Source: Haplodiscus bocki (Eukaryota). Taken from it: a DNA stretch of 64,000 nucleotides. Shown here piece after piece: positions 30,001-43,018 of this stretch; position 1 is the first letter of the stretch; every line of letters starts with the position of its first letter. Position numbers and translations under genes: made by a program. A model generated the notes under the pieces. That model did no database searches and was not told where the DNA came from. It saw nothing but the letters and a program-made list of their open reading frames with translations. The stretch covers positions 5,518,001 to 5,582,000 of the forward strand of contig OZ296651.1 of the NCBI GenBank assembly GCA_965655095.1, read 5' to 3'.

Positions 30001-33000
30001 GTACATTGACTTTAACGCCTGTGTAAAAGTCAAAAATGAAGTCATTTTCAGTTTTCACTACTTTAGATTTTCCATGTCGCTTCCGATGCGAGTCGCAAAC
30101 CTGACGCTTCTTTTCTCTACGGGCCTTCTACAAATTGCGTGTTGTCTAGGAACTTGTTGGTTGATTGTCAGTCTATATTCTCAGAGCAAATTGAAATTCC
30201 TTCGTTGCTTTTTCTACTTCTAGGCTTTATGGGTAAATCGGGCCTCTGATGCAGAATAAAAAAATCGGAGGTTTTTTCTGGAAAAACTTTGATAGCAGAA
30301 AGTCAGCCGGTTGTTTTGGAGGGAAAATATAGGTATCGATGAGAACCACTAATATTGCCATTTTTGGCAGATAAAGCTTCCAATGCAGACAAGATCTTTC
30401 GGACTATGTTTTTTGAGTAAACCATACGTAAAGAAGAATGTCGACTGGCACCTTGATAAGGGAAATCCAGTCAGTAATTTTGAAGAATTGTAAGTTTGGC
30501 TTCCGCGGAGATTTAATACTTCATTTTTTCGCAATATCTGGTCATCATTTTTCCTATGCAATTAACCAACCGAAGCTTTATTGTACAAACCTTCTGCAAC
30601 TAGAGAGATTCCGATTTGGACTATGATGAAACTTATCTAGCTCGTAGTTTTTGAAGTAAAGGAGTTTGAATATTAAAAACAATCATGCACGAACGAAAAT
30701 TTTCGCAATATAGGCTTTTCTGAGGTTTCGCTACAAAGATGCAAAACCAGGATGTATAGTTGAATCGTTAGTGGAGGAAGTCGTGCTGTTTTCCGGAGAA
30801 TAGTGTGGTTGCATTTTGGGGGAATTTTATTGCTCTCTGCACTTGTTGACATATTAATTCTACAAACTTTTCGGTGCCACGAAACTGACCGAACTTTTTA
30901 CTTTTCATACCCTCTACCTGCAGAAAATCGACTGAGACGTTGACAGTGGAAAATTTTGTTTCTTCTCGAGGGCAATCATTACTTTTTGCAATTTAAGGCG
31001 GTTTCATTCCCTCAGTTATGCGATGGATGGAACTTAAGACAAGATAGTCTGTTTCCGAACGACGTCCTACAAGTAGAAAAGGCCGATTTGGATTCTTTTG
31101 AAAAAGTTCTCAGCTGCTTGCTGAGAAAATTTACTTTATAAACTGAAGATGCACAAATGCATTTTCAACATTTGGCCTCTTCCTCGTATGAAATTGTGGT
31201 ACCACGACCAAAAGAGTTTCATTGAAATACCTTCTGCAAGTTCAAAACTGTCGACTGAGACCTTGGTGGGAGAGTTCCAATTGGTAGTCTGGCAGGAATG
31301 TGATTTTGACTAGCGAGGTCAAAAAATGCCATGTTTTCGGGCTTGTCGATCTTTAGGGACTACACATTGATATGGTCAATGCCAAGTTTTTTGTTTGAGT
31401 TTTGATGAACGAACAATATTCAGATGATCGCAGCAGATTCAAAAAGCCAAAATTTTCAGACACTCGGAAGATTTGTCCGTTTTTGTTTTAAAAAGCATCA
31501 ATCCCTGCCTTCTCTCAAGTTTTTGACGAAGTTTTTCTGAAAGTTTCTGAGGTTCGTTTATATTTCGACTTCTCCGAAAATTTTAACCTCTTTATGAAAA
31601 AAATGATTTGCATTCACAAAACTTGTCGTGTCAAAGTTCGATGGAAAAAAGGAGAATCTTTGGAAAGCGAAAATCAATTGTTGGACAACCCCAGACGTAA
31701 TCGAGGAGATCATCTTATTTTGATACGAAAGAATCCCACAATGTATGAAACTTATGTAAAAAAAATCGGTTGGGAAAAGTGTTCGGAGCAGCTATGTTAG
31801 GGATACTCGAGTGCGGTGACATCGCATATTCGCACTACTTAAAGCGCTCACAAATCTGCAACACTGAATCTGCGTGACGTTAGCCTTTTTTTGGAAAAGG
31901 AAGAAAAAGTTCACTGCTTCATTGCTTTTCTTAGTTTTGAAAAGTTTTTTCGACGAAAAATAATGAGTTTGATCCTGAGAGGTTGTACATTGACTTTAAC
32001 GCCTGTGTAAAAGTCAAAAATGAAGTCATTTTCAGTTTTCACTACTTTAGATTTTCCATGTCGCTTCCGATGCGAGTTACAAAGCTGACGCTTCTTTTCT
32101 CTACGGGCCTTCTACAAATTGAGTGTTGTCTAGGAACTTGTTGGTTGATTGATTGTCAGTCTATATTCTCAGAGCAAATTGAAATTCCTTCGTTGCTTTT
32201 TCTACTTCTAGACTTTATGGGTAAATCGGGACTCTGATGCAAAATAAAAAAATCCGAAGTTTTATCTGGTAAAACGTTGTTAGCGGAAAGTCAGCCGGTT
32301 GTTTTGGAGGGAAAATATAGGTATCGATGAAAACCACTAATTTTGCCATTTTTGGCAGATAAAGCTTGCAATGCAGACAAGATCTTTCGGACTATGTTTT
32401 TTGAGTAAACCATACGTAAAGAAGAATGTCGACTGGGACCTTGATAAGGGAAATCCAGTACGTAATTTTGAAGAAATGTAAGTCCGGCTTCCGTGGAGAT
32501 TTAATACTTCATTTTTTCGCAATATCCGGTCATCAGTTTTCCTATGCAATTAACCAACCGAAGCTTTAATGTACAAACTTTCTGCAAGTAGAGAGATTCC
32601 GATTTGGACTGTGATGAAAGTAATCTAGCTCGTAGTTTATGAAGGAAAGTAGTTTGAATATTAAAAACAATCATGCACGAATGAAAATTTTCACAATATA
32701 GGCTTTTCTGAGGTTTCGCTACAAAGGTGCAAAACCAGGATGTATAATTGAATAGTTAGTGGAGGAAGTCGTGCTGTTTTCCGGAGAATAGTGTGGTTGC
32801 ATTTTGGGGGAATGTTATTGCTCTCTGCACTTGTTGACATAATATTTCTACAAACTTTTCGGTGCCACGAAACTGACCGAACTTTTTTTTTCATACCCTC
32901 TACCTGCAGAAAATCGACGGACACGTTGACAGTGGAAAATTATGTTTCTTCTCGAGGACAATCATTACTTTTTGCAATTTAATGCTGTTTCAATCCCTCA

Positions 33001-35818
33001 GTTTTACGATGGACGGAACTTAAGACAAGATAGTCTGTTTCCGAACGACGTCCTACAAGTAGAAAAGGCCGATTTGGATTCTTTTGAAGAAGTTTTCAGC
33101 TGCTTGCTGAGGAAATTTACTTTATAAACTGAGAATGCACAAATGCATCTTCAACATTTCGCCTCTTCCTCTTATGAAATTGTGGTACCACGACCAAAAG
33201 AGTTTCATTGAAATACCTTCTGCAAGTTCAAAACTGTCGACTGAGACCTTGGTGGGAGAGTTCCAATTGGTAGTCTGGCAGGAATGTGATTTTGACTAGC
33301 GAGATCAAAAAATGCCATGTTTTCGGGCTTGTCGATCTTTAGGGACTACACATTGATATGGTCAATGCCAAGTTTTTTGTTTGAGTTTTGATGAACGAAC
33401 AATATTCAGATGATTGCAGCAGTTTCAAAAAGCCAAAATTTTCAGACACTCGGAAGATTTGTCCGTTTTTTGTTTTAAAAAGTATCAATCCATACCTTCT
33501 CTCAACTTTTTGACGAAGTTTTTGTGAAAGTTTCTGAGGTTCGGTTATATTTCGACTTCTCCGAAAATTTTGACCTCTTTATGAAAAAAATGATTTGCAT
33601 TCACGAAATTTGTCGTGTCAAAGTTCGATCGAAAAAAGGAGAATCTTTGGAAAGCGAGAATAAATTGTTGGACAACCCCAGACGTAATCGACGAGAACAT
33701 CTTATTTTGATACGAAAGAATCCCACAATGTATGAAACTTTTGAAAAAAAATCGGTTCGGAAAAGTATTCGGAGCAGCAATTTAAGGGATAATCGAGTGC
33801 GGTGACATCGCATATTCGCACTACACAAGGCGCTCACAGATCTGCAACACTGAATCTGCGTGACGTTAGCCTTTTTTTGGAAAAGGAAGAAAAAGTCCAC
33901 TGCTGCATCGCTTTTCTTCGTTTTGAAAAGTTTTTTCGACGAAAAATAATGAGTTTGATCCTGAGAGGTTGTACATTGACTTTAACGCCTGTGTAAAAGT
34001 CAAAAATGAAGTCATTTTCAGTTTTCACTACTTTAGATTTTCCATGTCGCTTCCGATGCGAGTCGCAAACCTGACGCTTCTTTTCTCTACGGGCCTTCTA
34101 CAAATTGCGTGTTGTCTGGGAACTTGTTGGTTGATTGTCAGTCTATATTCTCAGAGCAAACTGAAATTCCTTCGTTGCTTTTTCTACTTCTAGGCTTCAT
34201 GGGTAAATCGAGGCTCTGATGCAAAATAAAAAAATCCGAGGTTTTTTCTGGAAAAACTTTGATAGCAGAAAGTCAGCCGGTTGTTTTGGAGGGAAAATAT
34301 AGGTATCGATGAGAACCACTAATATTGCCATTTTTGGCAGATAAAGCTTCCAATGCAGACAAGATCTTTCGGACTATGTTTTTTGAGTAAACCATACGTA
34401 AAGAAGAATGTCGACTGGGACCTTGATAAGGGAAATCCAGTCAGTAATTTTGAAGAAATGTAAGTCCGGCTTCCGTGGAGATTTAATACTTCATTTTTTC
34501 GCAATATCCGGTCATCAGTTTTCCTATGCAATTAACCAACCGAAGCTTTAATGTACAAACTTTCTGCAAGTAGAGAGATTCCGATTTGGACTGTGATGAA
34601 AGTAATCTAGCTCGTAGTTTATGAAGGAAAGTAGTTTGAATATTAAAAACAATCATGCACGAATGAAAATTTTCACAATATAGGCTTTTCTGAGGTTTCG
34701 CTACAAAGGTGCAAAACCAGGATGTATAATTGAATAGTTAGTGGAGGAAGTCGTGCTGTTTTCCGGAGAATAGTGTGGTTGCCTTTTGGGGGAGTGTTAT
34801 TGCTCTCCGCACTTGTTGACATATTAATTCTACAAACTTTTCGGTGCCACGAAACTGACCGAGCTTTTTACTTTTCATACCCTCCACCTGCAGAAACTCG
34901 ACTGAGACGTTGACAGTGGAAAATTTTGTTTCTTCCCGAGGACAATCATTACTTATTGCAATTTAAGGCGGTTTCATTCCCTCAGTTATGCGATGGATGG
35001 AACTTAAGACAAGATAGTCTGTTTCCGAACGACGTCCTACAAGTAGAAAAGGCCGATTTGGATTCTTTTGAAGAAATTTTCAGCTGCTTGTTGAGAAAAT
35101 TTACTTCATAAACTGAGAATGCACAAATGCATTTTCAACAATTGGCCTCTTCCTCGTATGAAATTGTGGTACCACGACCAAAAGAGTTTCATTGAAATAC
35201 TTTCTGCAAGTTCAAAACTGTCGACTGAGACCTTGGTGGGAGAGTTCCAATTGGTAGTCTGGCAGGAATGTGATTTTGAATAGCGAGATCAAAAAATACC
35301 ATGTTTTTGGGCTTGTCGATCTATAGGGACTACAGATTGATATGGTCAAGGCCAAGTTTTTTGTTTGAGTTTTGATGAACGAACAATATTCAGATGATTG
35401 CAGCAGTTTCAAAATTCCAAAATTTTCAGACACTCGGAGGATTTGTCCGTTTTTGTTTTCAAAAGCATCAATCCTTACGTTCTCTCAACTTTTTGAGGAA
35501 GTTTTTGTGAAAGTTTCTGAGGTTCGGTTATCTTTCGACTTCTGTGAAAATTTTAACTTCTTCATGAAAAAAAAAATGATTTGCATTCACAAAATTTGTC
35601 GTGTCAAAGTTCGATAGAAAAAAGGAGAATCTTTGGAAAGCGAAAATAAATTGTTGGACAACCCCAGACGTAATCGAGGAGAACATCTTATTTTGATACG
35701 AAAGAATCCCACAATGTATGAAACTTTTGTAAAAAAAAATCGGTTCGGAAAAGTGTTCGGAGCAGCTATCTTAGGAATACTCGAGTGCGGTGACACCGCA
35801 TATGCGTACTCTACAAGG
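1..35818. repeat. Macrosatellite: 18 full tandem units of ~1982-1990 bp plus a ~75-bp partial unit; truncated by the left window edge
   Basis: The anchor GGTTCGGAAA (GGTTGGGAAA in one copy) recurs at 1, 1986, 3968, 5954, 7940, 9924, 11910, 13895, 15885, 17869, 19854, 21841, 23826, 25811, 27798, 29784, 31768, 33754 and 35742. Units are collinear and differ by scattered substitutions and small indels. Similarity breaks after ...CTCTACAAGG at ~35818. Confidence 0.99.
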
Positions 35819-36249
35819 AAAAACAAAATATCTGGCTCTACCGTGTTTAGTAATTGCTGAACTCTCAAACACACAAAGTTGCGTATACAAACATGGTAAG
35901 GAGACAACATGTCGTGATGCAATTTCTTTTCCTTTTGGGAGCTTGCTTTTAGCTGATAAAATAACTGTGTGATGGCGCTTTCAATGAACTTTCTCACGGT
36001 TTCTTTTTCCATTCCGAAAATGTGTTTATTTATCTAAACACTCAGCAGTTTCAATGTTAATCAACATTTTGGGTGCCTTCTTTCGAATCACCACTCTAAT
36101 AGTATCGCCTTCTATTGGTTGGAATGGAAAGTTAAACAATACGGCGGCTACCACTGGCATGTTTTCCACCCTCCAAGTTTGTTACAGATGCTTTTTAAAA
36201 AGGATCGAAGCGTTTTTTTTCAAATTCTTTTTTGATCCAATTTTATAAT

Positions 36250-36570
36250 TCTTGCAAATTCAGAATTTTTCTGATTGCTGCAAAAAACCCTCAACTCAGG
36301 TGGAAAAAAAAACATTTTCTAATGAAATGATATCATTTGATACGCATTCGACAGCAAATTTGCCACCCTTAGCAATTTTGAAAATTGAAAAAAATTTAAG
36401 CTTTTTGGCAAAAAAACCACCTCATTTTTGAAAAACCCTAATTTTTAACTTATGAGAAACCTTATTATTTCAGTCGTATTCTACGTCAACTTTACTATAA
36501 TTTAGTCACAAAAAAAACTGGAGTCAGAAAGTGCCCGATTTGAAAATTTGAACAGTCGGACATTTTCAAT
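36250..36570 (+). repeat. Dispersed repeat fragment (copy 1)
   Basis: GAAACCTTATTATTTTCAGTCGTATTCTACGTCAACTTTACTATAATTT (~36456-36503) matches GAAACCCTACTATTTCATCCGCATTCTACGACAAATGTGCTATAATTTT (~59409-59457). A related internal motif GCATTCGACAGCAAATTT lies at ~36344. Confidence 0.5.
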
Positions 36571-36899
36571 TGGCAAACAGAGCCAAAAATGTCGGATTTC
36601 ACCGTTTTGAGTTGTCTGTTTTCTTTCTATATCTTAAAAATGGGTGGAAAATAATGTCGAAATTTTATCCATTTTCCGCTTCATTGATGTGGAACAAAAA
36701 TCATTCTATCAGGTGGGTCGTTTTTCTTTTTTTCGTGTCAAATTCGCCATCTTAGACTTTCGGTTCTGTGGTCAGGGCAAATGTTTCTTCAAGAACTCAG
36801 TCCGGGTTCCAATCTCTGCTATGCCATTCATTTTTATATTTTTTTGAAAGTTGTCAAAAAATTCCACAGCGTTGTGGGTAGGACAACAGGGTTCCTTGT

Positions 36900-39130
36900 T
36901 GCAAACATTCAACGTTGTTGGATACTTTTTTGTCTCAAAATCCAATACTTGTTCGGTTTTCGTTCAGGTTTTTTGAACAGTTTTTTCCTCCTCTTCGAAA
37001 GTGCTCTTTTTCCTACATATGTCAAACAATCTAACGTTTTCTCGACTTTTCGGGGAAAATGGAAAAAATTTTCTGAATTTCCGATATTTAATGGACCTCT
37101 CCGAAATTTTAACCTAATTATGATAGTTGATTTTCAATCGAAAAAGTTTCTCCTGAAGAAGTGGTTCAATTATCAGTTTGTTTTTTGCTTGACCTCAAAC
37201 ACCAGGAAGACCAATTTGAAATTTTTCTCCCGCAGTATTTTGTTTTGTAATTGCTATAGCCCGTTGAGGAGAATAACACTCTGCTATGTATTTTGCTCCG
37301 TATTCAAAGTCACATTCGTCTGTAACTACCGATTGAAATTCTTCGTGAACGCATACACCGGATTATTTCACTGTTCGAAAGTTCTCAATTAAAAAAAAGT
37401 ATCACGCTCACGTTCCTCTTCGGATACTTCATCGAAGAAAAAAGTCAACAACTGTACATGCTTTAGCGTTCCTCCTGTTAAAAAACTGCCTTGGTTTCTC
37501 GCATACAAAACCCAATCGACGGTTAACACCTGTAGAAGGTGAGTGAAAAAATAGATCATTGGTTTAGCTCCTTACGTTGTTGCTCAGATAGACTGATCTT
37601 GACAGAAAGGACAGGCAGGATTGGTTTTCGCGAAATTAAAACCTGTTTTTTTTCCGAAATTGCCGTCAAAATTGTTTCGATTGACGTCTCAAGCAGCATT
37701 TTCACGCTTGTCGTATGTCTTTGCACATTACCAAAGGTAGCATTCCTAGCACGCTGAACCTAATGGACTCTAGGAGCGAAACACTGCGCACACGTATGAT
37801 TCTCCTAGAAAAACAGTCTCGTTCTTTTTCGGGCGTACCGGCTGTATTTCTTCCGTCAAGGTCTGGTTCGATCATCACTTGCGAAAGATACTTCAAATAT
37901 ATTATGTTGGTTTACACTCCTTGCATCGGATTCCTGAAAGGTCCATATTGCCCAAAAGTGCGAACAATTGATTTTCGTGGAAGTCAAACCTCTTGTCTTT
38001 CAAAAGTACTTGCTGGATTTTTCCTTTCAAGTTCCCAATCGAATTAATGATAAAGTTTTGTTAGTTTGCTTCAATTGGAAGTCTGATGTACTGAAAATTT
38101 GAACATACATCTGATTGCCTCTGGTAGTCAAACTCTTTTTCCTCTATCACTCGCGGCTGAATTTGCTCTGTATAGGTCTGAATCCAGAGGTTGTTACTTA
38201 AAGATGGTTACTGTATTCAGTACGGATTTAGAACGGTTACTGAATAGTACGGAATAGTTGAGTGTCCTGCATCTGAAACGTGGAAGTCGGTCAAAAAATG
38301 CAAGCATGGGAAATTCTTCAGAACAATTTTCATCTACTTTTTTCAAAGCCTACTGGCTGCATTTCATCCATCTGGGTGTCCATCTAATATTTTGTACTTG
38401 CAAAACGTTCTCTGATTGTAGAATGTTGTTTCTTTCCTTCCAAGACAGACTTGATGTATTACGAAAAGTAGCGAGTCCTGGTATGATTATTTTCGATTGT
38501 GAAACTCAGTTACCAAAGTTATCGACTGGATTTCTTCCAGAAGAATCTGAATTGACAGCTTCCTTGGAGAAGTTCGTTCAATTTTTCATCTTGGGTTACT
38601 TTACTTTCACAGGAAGTGTGAAAGAAATAAACTACCAAACCTTTCACAGTCTTAAGATCTTTCTGAAAAATCAAACTGAGTTTTATTCAAAACTTTTGGC
38701 TGTCTTCCTATATGGAAAAGGCTACTCGGTGAACGTATTTCAGAAGTAAAGGTGAAAAGCGTGATACTAAGTGGTTTGTGTTTAACTTATTTTTGGTCAG
38801 CTGGATTTTCTTGATCAAAGTCTCACTTGACGGGTTTTTATTTTCAGGCTCTTCAATGATATGTCGTGGGCTCTGTTCGTTGCTTCGGAGTCTTCAAAAA
38901 TCCATGACGAACAAAGCAATGGCAGATGTGATTTTCGGAAAAAAACGTTCAAATGAAGTTTCAAGACATTTCTCGTTTTTTAAATAACTTTTGCAATATC
39001 TGGTCATAAAATGTTGCAGTCGGGTGAAAAATATGCCCGTGGTAGCTGACCGTCTCGTTTAACAATTCCGTGTGTTCAATTTTACAAGATAGTCGGTCAG
39101 CCGGAAAAACTAGCGTCATAGAAACCATGC
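36900..39130. repeat. Old degenerate relatives of the array unit / ~165-bp repeat family, mixed orientation
   Basis: 36990-37115 (+) aligns with unit positions ~1690-1810 (CTCCGAAATTTTAACCT vs CTCCGAAAATTTTAACCT). 37960-38045 is an inverted homologue of unit 650-740 (IDFRGSQTSCLSKVLAGFFLSSSQS vs LNLRGSQTYNSSKLLTGFPLSRSQS). TTGCAATATCTGGTCAT at ~38991 matches unit TCGCAATATCCGGTCAT. Confidence 0.7.
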
Positions 39131-41408
39131 TCGAGTGAGTTAAACCATTACGCCGCTGGTTAGTTTCCATCGCAATATTCTATAGAGGAAAATCATTTCC
39201 TCAGTATGCAGACTTTTTCCTCTTTTCGTTTGCCAATTCTGCCTGCGTCAACTGCGAAACTTTGATCACGCTCAAATCAATCCTCACTGAATTCGTGTAA
39301 CTTCTAACCATTCTCATGCCCAGTATTATAACCAACCGTGAACGGGCCAGGTTGCGGCGGCCGGTGCGGCTCAGAATATTGAAGGGTTTGTTTTTGGTAT
39401 CATAAAAATCGACGTTTCGTGGGTTTATCATAAAAGTTGGGGCTAAAAAATCTAAAATTGGACGTTTTTGTAGAAGTTGGACATATCTAGTCTGAAGTCA
39501 CTATCTATAGCTTAAAAACTTATTGGCGTACCCTCTAGACCATCCAGCCGGGGTAGAAGAAAAATCGATGGGTGTGTAGAATCTTTATAAAAAAACACAA
39601 AACACCCAAATTGAAACATGCCGAACATCAAACGTGTTCCCGAAAATATCTTTTGGCAATACCTGGGCTCAAATTCGTATTTGTGGCTTGAGGATGTTTT
39701 GTCCTACCCCTCAGTCCATCGGGGTCTTCTGGGGTACCAGATGGAAGCGTTCAAACTTTGTCGAATTTCGTCGACTTCAGAGTTCTTGATAAAACAAAAG
39801 CTACTCTATTAGTCGGACACTTTTTCTCAACAGCGCCAACTGAAAATCGATGGAATTATGGATGTGAATAATCAATTCATATTTGATCTAATGTGTATTA
39901 GAAGTGGAGTTCGGCGGGGGTCAGCTTTTCGAGTAGAGTTACGGGAAGGCACGACATACAGCTGCTGAGAGAAGAAATAATGTTTTCATAAGTACGAGAA
40001 GCTGCAGCCATAATCGATACACGAGTTTTTTAATCGACATTTGTTGCACTTAATTGTACGTTTGTGTTTATTTGCCAATTTTGGATTCCAAATAAATTCG
40101 ACGAAAACGTTGCATAGAATCGAATTGATCGGTTTTTTCCGCAAACTGTTGTCCTAAATCGCAGAAGCAAAAACATTTTTTGCCTACCAGAACGGACTTG
40201 AAAAAGTCGCTTGCTTGTCGATGTTTTCAATGCAATTCAAAAGTGAGTTTTGGGAGATTTTTGCAGTTTAATGTGTCTGCATGAAGTGTTGCTTCCTGTT
40301 TTTCACACACTTTGTTGAAGTCAAGTGACTTTAGTGCTTTTGGAAGTTTGATGTTTCGATCCATTGGTGTTCTTGAGCGACGCTTTCTTCGGATAAGTTA
40401 AGTTTGTACAATCGTGAAAGTTTCTCTTTTAAACGCAACGCACCTGTCTAAAATGAACTGCCAATTTTTGTACCAATTCGGCGACTCAACCTAGCATTCA
40501 CTGCTTTCTCGAGCTGTTCATTCACAGACACTGTGAAGCAGTTCTGAAAAGGAGACTGGCTCTAAACTCCCTGATCTGGCATGAAATGTACAGGAGTTTT
40601 TAACTTAGTGTTGGTTTCTAACAAAGTGTGCATAGAGTTTTCACGACTTCATTAGAAGTTTTTATATACTTCAAAAGTGAGAGCATTGGACCATACAAAC
40701 TACATTTTGGCTGCGCACAGAGATTGACTTCAAGTTTCAGTTTCGATAGCTTTCGCTTCTGTTTGATCGTTTACTTCGACGCGCTTTGCTTGGTACTACT
40801 GGTGGTATCATAATCAGTTTTGTGGACCGTCGACTAATTTTGCCTCAGAAATCAGCCCATGGATCGTGAAACGTAAGAGCTGGCCTTTTTATTTCGCCCT
40901 TAGGGCAATTCAAACTCTGGTCATTGTAATTCATGGAAGCCAAGTTCATTTTTGGACTCTTTTTCTTACAAAAACGTACAAATTGGCCGAATCAAAATTC
41001 TCTTTTTTAATCTATGCTGTTGGCCAGTGTGCTTCGAAAGAAAAATGACCAAAATTGTGATTCCAATCGTTCTTTCACAACGCGTTTTATCTATAAATGG
41101 TAGAAGTATTATTGAATCTTCAGACAAATGTTGTGCAAAAGGTTTGATGTGTAATAAATTTTGACTTGTATGAGCTAAACCTTTGCGTTCAAAATCAAAA
41201 ACAATGGCATCAAATTTAGCCATTTTGTTTTAATGGGGCAACATTTTTGTTTGAAGCCGTAAAAGTTAATATACTGGCAACGGAAGCAGTGAAAAGGAGT
41301 GGAAACTGTGTTTGGTGTAGGTAAAGATTGGCAGGAGTTACCAAACAGAATTGGCAGAAACTAAACTGAAACTTGGTTAAACTTTGTGCTACTTAAATAT
41401 TCACTATC

Positions 41409-41452
41409 ATGGCTAGCCTCAGGACCAACTCAAGACCACTTTGGGATGCTGT
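41409..41452 (+). CDS. Exon 1 (putative start) of a spliced Ser/Pro-rich protein gene: MASLRTNSRPLWDA(V)
   Basis: ATG in a good Kozak context (atcATGG) with an in-frame TAA upstream at 41394. Donor GTAAGA at 41453, phase 2, matches the next exon. Confidence 0.6.
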
Positions 41453-41945
41453 GTAAGATAACAACAAGTTTGCAAAACAAACTCAAACTGTACACTTCAC
41501 CTCGACACATTCATCAAAATTAGTTTAATCTTGTTTTAATAAGTTTCATTCACTTTACGGCAGCTGCTAGTTTAAAGCAAGCCATCAATTTTCGTCCGAT
41601 TCAATTGGATTGGGCCAATCAAGTGAGATTGAAATGAAATGCTGCTGTTGGACGTACTTCTAATGTTAAGTTTTAATCATCTAACGTATACATGCTTTCT
41701 TCTTGTAACCCAACTTATAAACCACGGTTAATTCCATCAATTCCGATCTGAACTTTCTTAACTTCGTTGACCAACTAATCTAATAGATAACTTCTAAGGA
41801 ATGAATAAATAGCTGTAGCCGACGTGCCCAACCCTCTTGCTGAGTGTGTATATATTTACCTGCTTTGTTGTTATTCATGATCGCCGTGTTGGTGTCAAAT
41901 ATTGTTGCTGTTATAAATTTTTATCGCGCGGCGTTCCTTATATAG

Positions 41946-42190
41946 GTCGCCCGGGAACCAGCTTGGTGAAGGCTCTGCCCCTGGTATCTACAAATCGTCT
42001 CCTGTTTATGGGTCAGATGCAGCAGCAGACAAAGTGTGTAGAAGACAAAGTGTGCCTCCAGATGGCCGCCAAGCTTTGCTATCTAATACTACCGACAACA
42101 ACAATTCAACATCATCAACTTCATCATCCAACTTCAGACTTGTGAAACAACCACTTCTGCATAACCCACTTCTGAGCAATCGCCCATCAG
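41946..42190 (+). CDS. Exon 2 of the same gene (SPGNQLGEGSAPGIYKSS...LLSNRPS)
   Basis: Acceptor TTCCTTATATAG|. The frame is open. Donor CAG|GTTATC is weak, but its phase 1 matches exon 3. Confidence 0.65.
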
Positions 42191-42360
42191 GTTATCCATC
42201 GCTTTTTGTCAGCATCGCTTTATGTTAATAAAATGCCCGACTATTGGACGTTTGTTATTTTTCGCGGCATCTTTTCAACAATGTAAAATTATTGGCTCAG
42301 TAGGATCGTTTTCCATTTTTTCAACTTAGAATTTTGCCAACTTAGAAGTTATGAAAAGTT

Positions 42361-42535
42361 GGCCTTGGCAGTGGGGTTAGGACAAAGATTTCCCAAGCAA
42401 TAGGACGGGGTTCGAATCTGCTTTGCTTTATATTTTTATGTTCTCTATGAAATATGTCAGAAATCCCGCTGGCACAGTGGGTAGGACAACAAGGTTCCGA
42501 ACCCACAGATTGCGGTTTTAAACCCCGAATTGGCT
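42361..42535 (+). repeat. Two tandem tRNA-derived (SINE-head-like) fragments in intron 2
   Basis: A-box-like TGGCAGTGGGGTTAGG / TGGCACAGTGGGTAGG and B-box-like GGTTCGAATC / GGTTTTAAACC at tRNA-like spacing. A third piece GTGGGTAGGACAACAGGGTTCC at 36874-36895 matches 42477-42498 at 21/22. No clean cloverleaf. Confidence 0.45.
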
Positions 42536-43018
42536 ATATTTCTTACATTGTATACCGCAAACTATAACAAAAATTACCTTTCCCCATTTAGTCAAAAGTT
42601 GTCTGGGAATTTAAAATTCCAGGTTACTTAAAAACTCGAAAAACCATGAGCTTTTGTCGAGATAGACGATTTTTTGAATTGGAGGTGACTGTTTTTGGTC
42701 GCCAGATTTGGAAAAATTTAAATTCCTTTCGAGATTCGGTTTCTCAACCTTTGAGGTACAAAATACACTCATACACGGGATTTACCTTATGTCAACCAAA
42801 CTTCATGGAGCGTCGAAGTGCACATAAATTGGATCGCGCAATTAGCAAATACTATGTAAAAAAAACAGAATGTTGAATGAATAATTTCCTTTCCATATAT
42901 TAAAAATTTGGCCGGAAATTTATAATGTCAATGTCTCAGAAACTATCATTATTGTTGAAAAAACGAAATATTGGAACCCGGCTACAGAATTTTTCTCAGA
43001 AGCTGATTTCTTTTATAG

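Noticed and set aside
1-35818. The many 60-157-aa ORFs repeated in every unit as functional genes
   Set aside because: They overlap on both strands, often lack ATG, and are opened or closed by homopolymer indels and stops that differ between units. Their recurrence only reflects DNA repetition.
1-35818. CRISPR-like array, rDNA, 5S or histone cluster
   Set aside because: Whole units are repeated with no unique spacers, and I recognise no rRNA or histone sequence. An Rfam scan would still be needed to exclude small RNA genes.
36781-37392. 203-aa Phe-rich ORF (and the 163-aa ORF at 38258-38749) as intact genes
   Set aside because: They span a SINE-like fragment and degenerate repeat relics, with T-rich composition and no splice or homology support.
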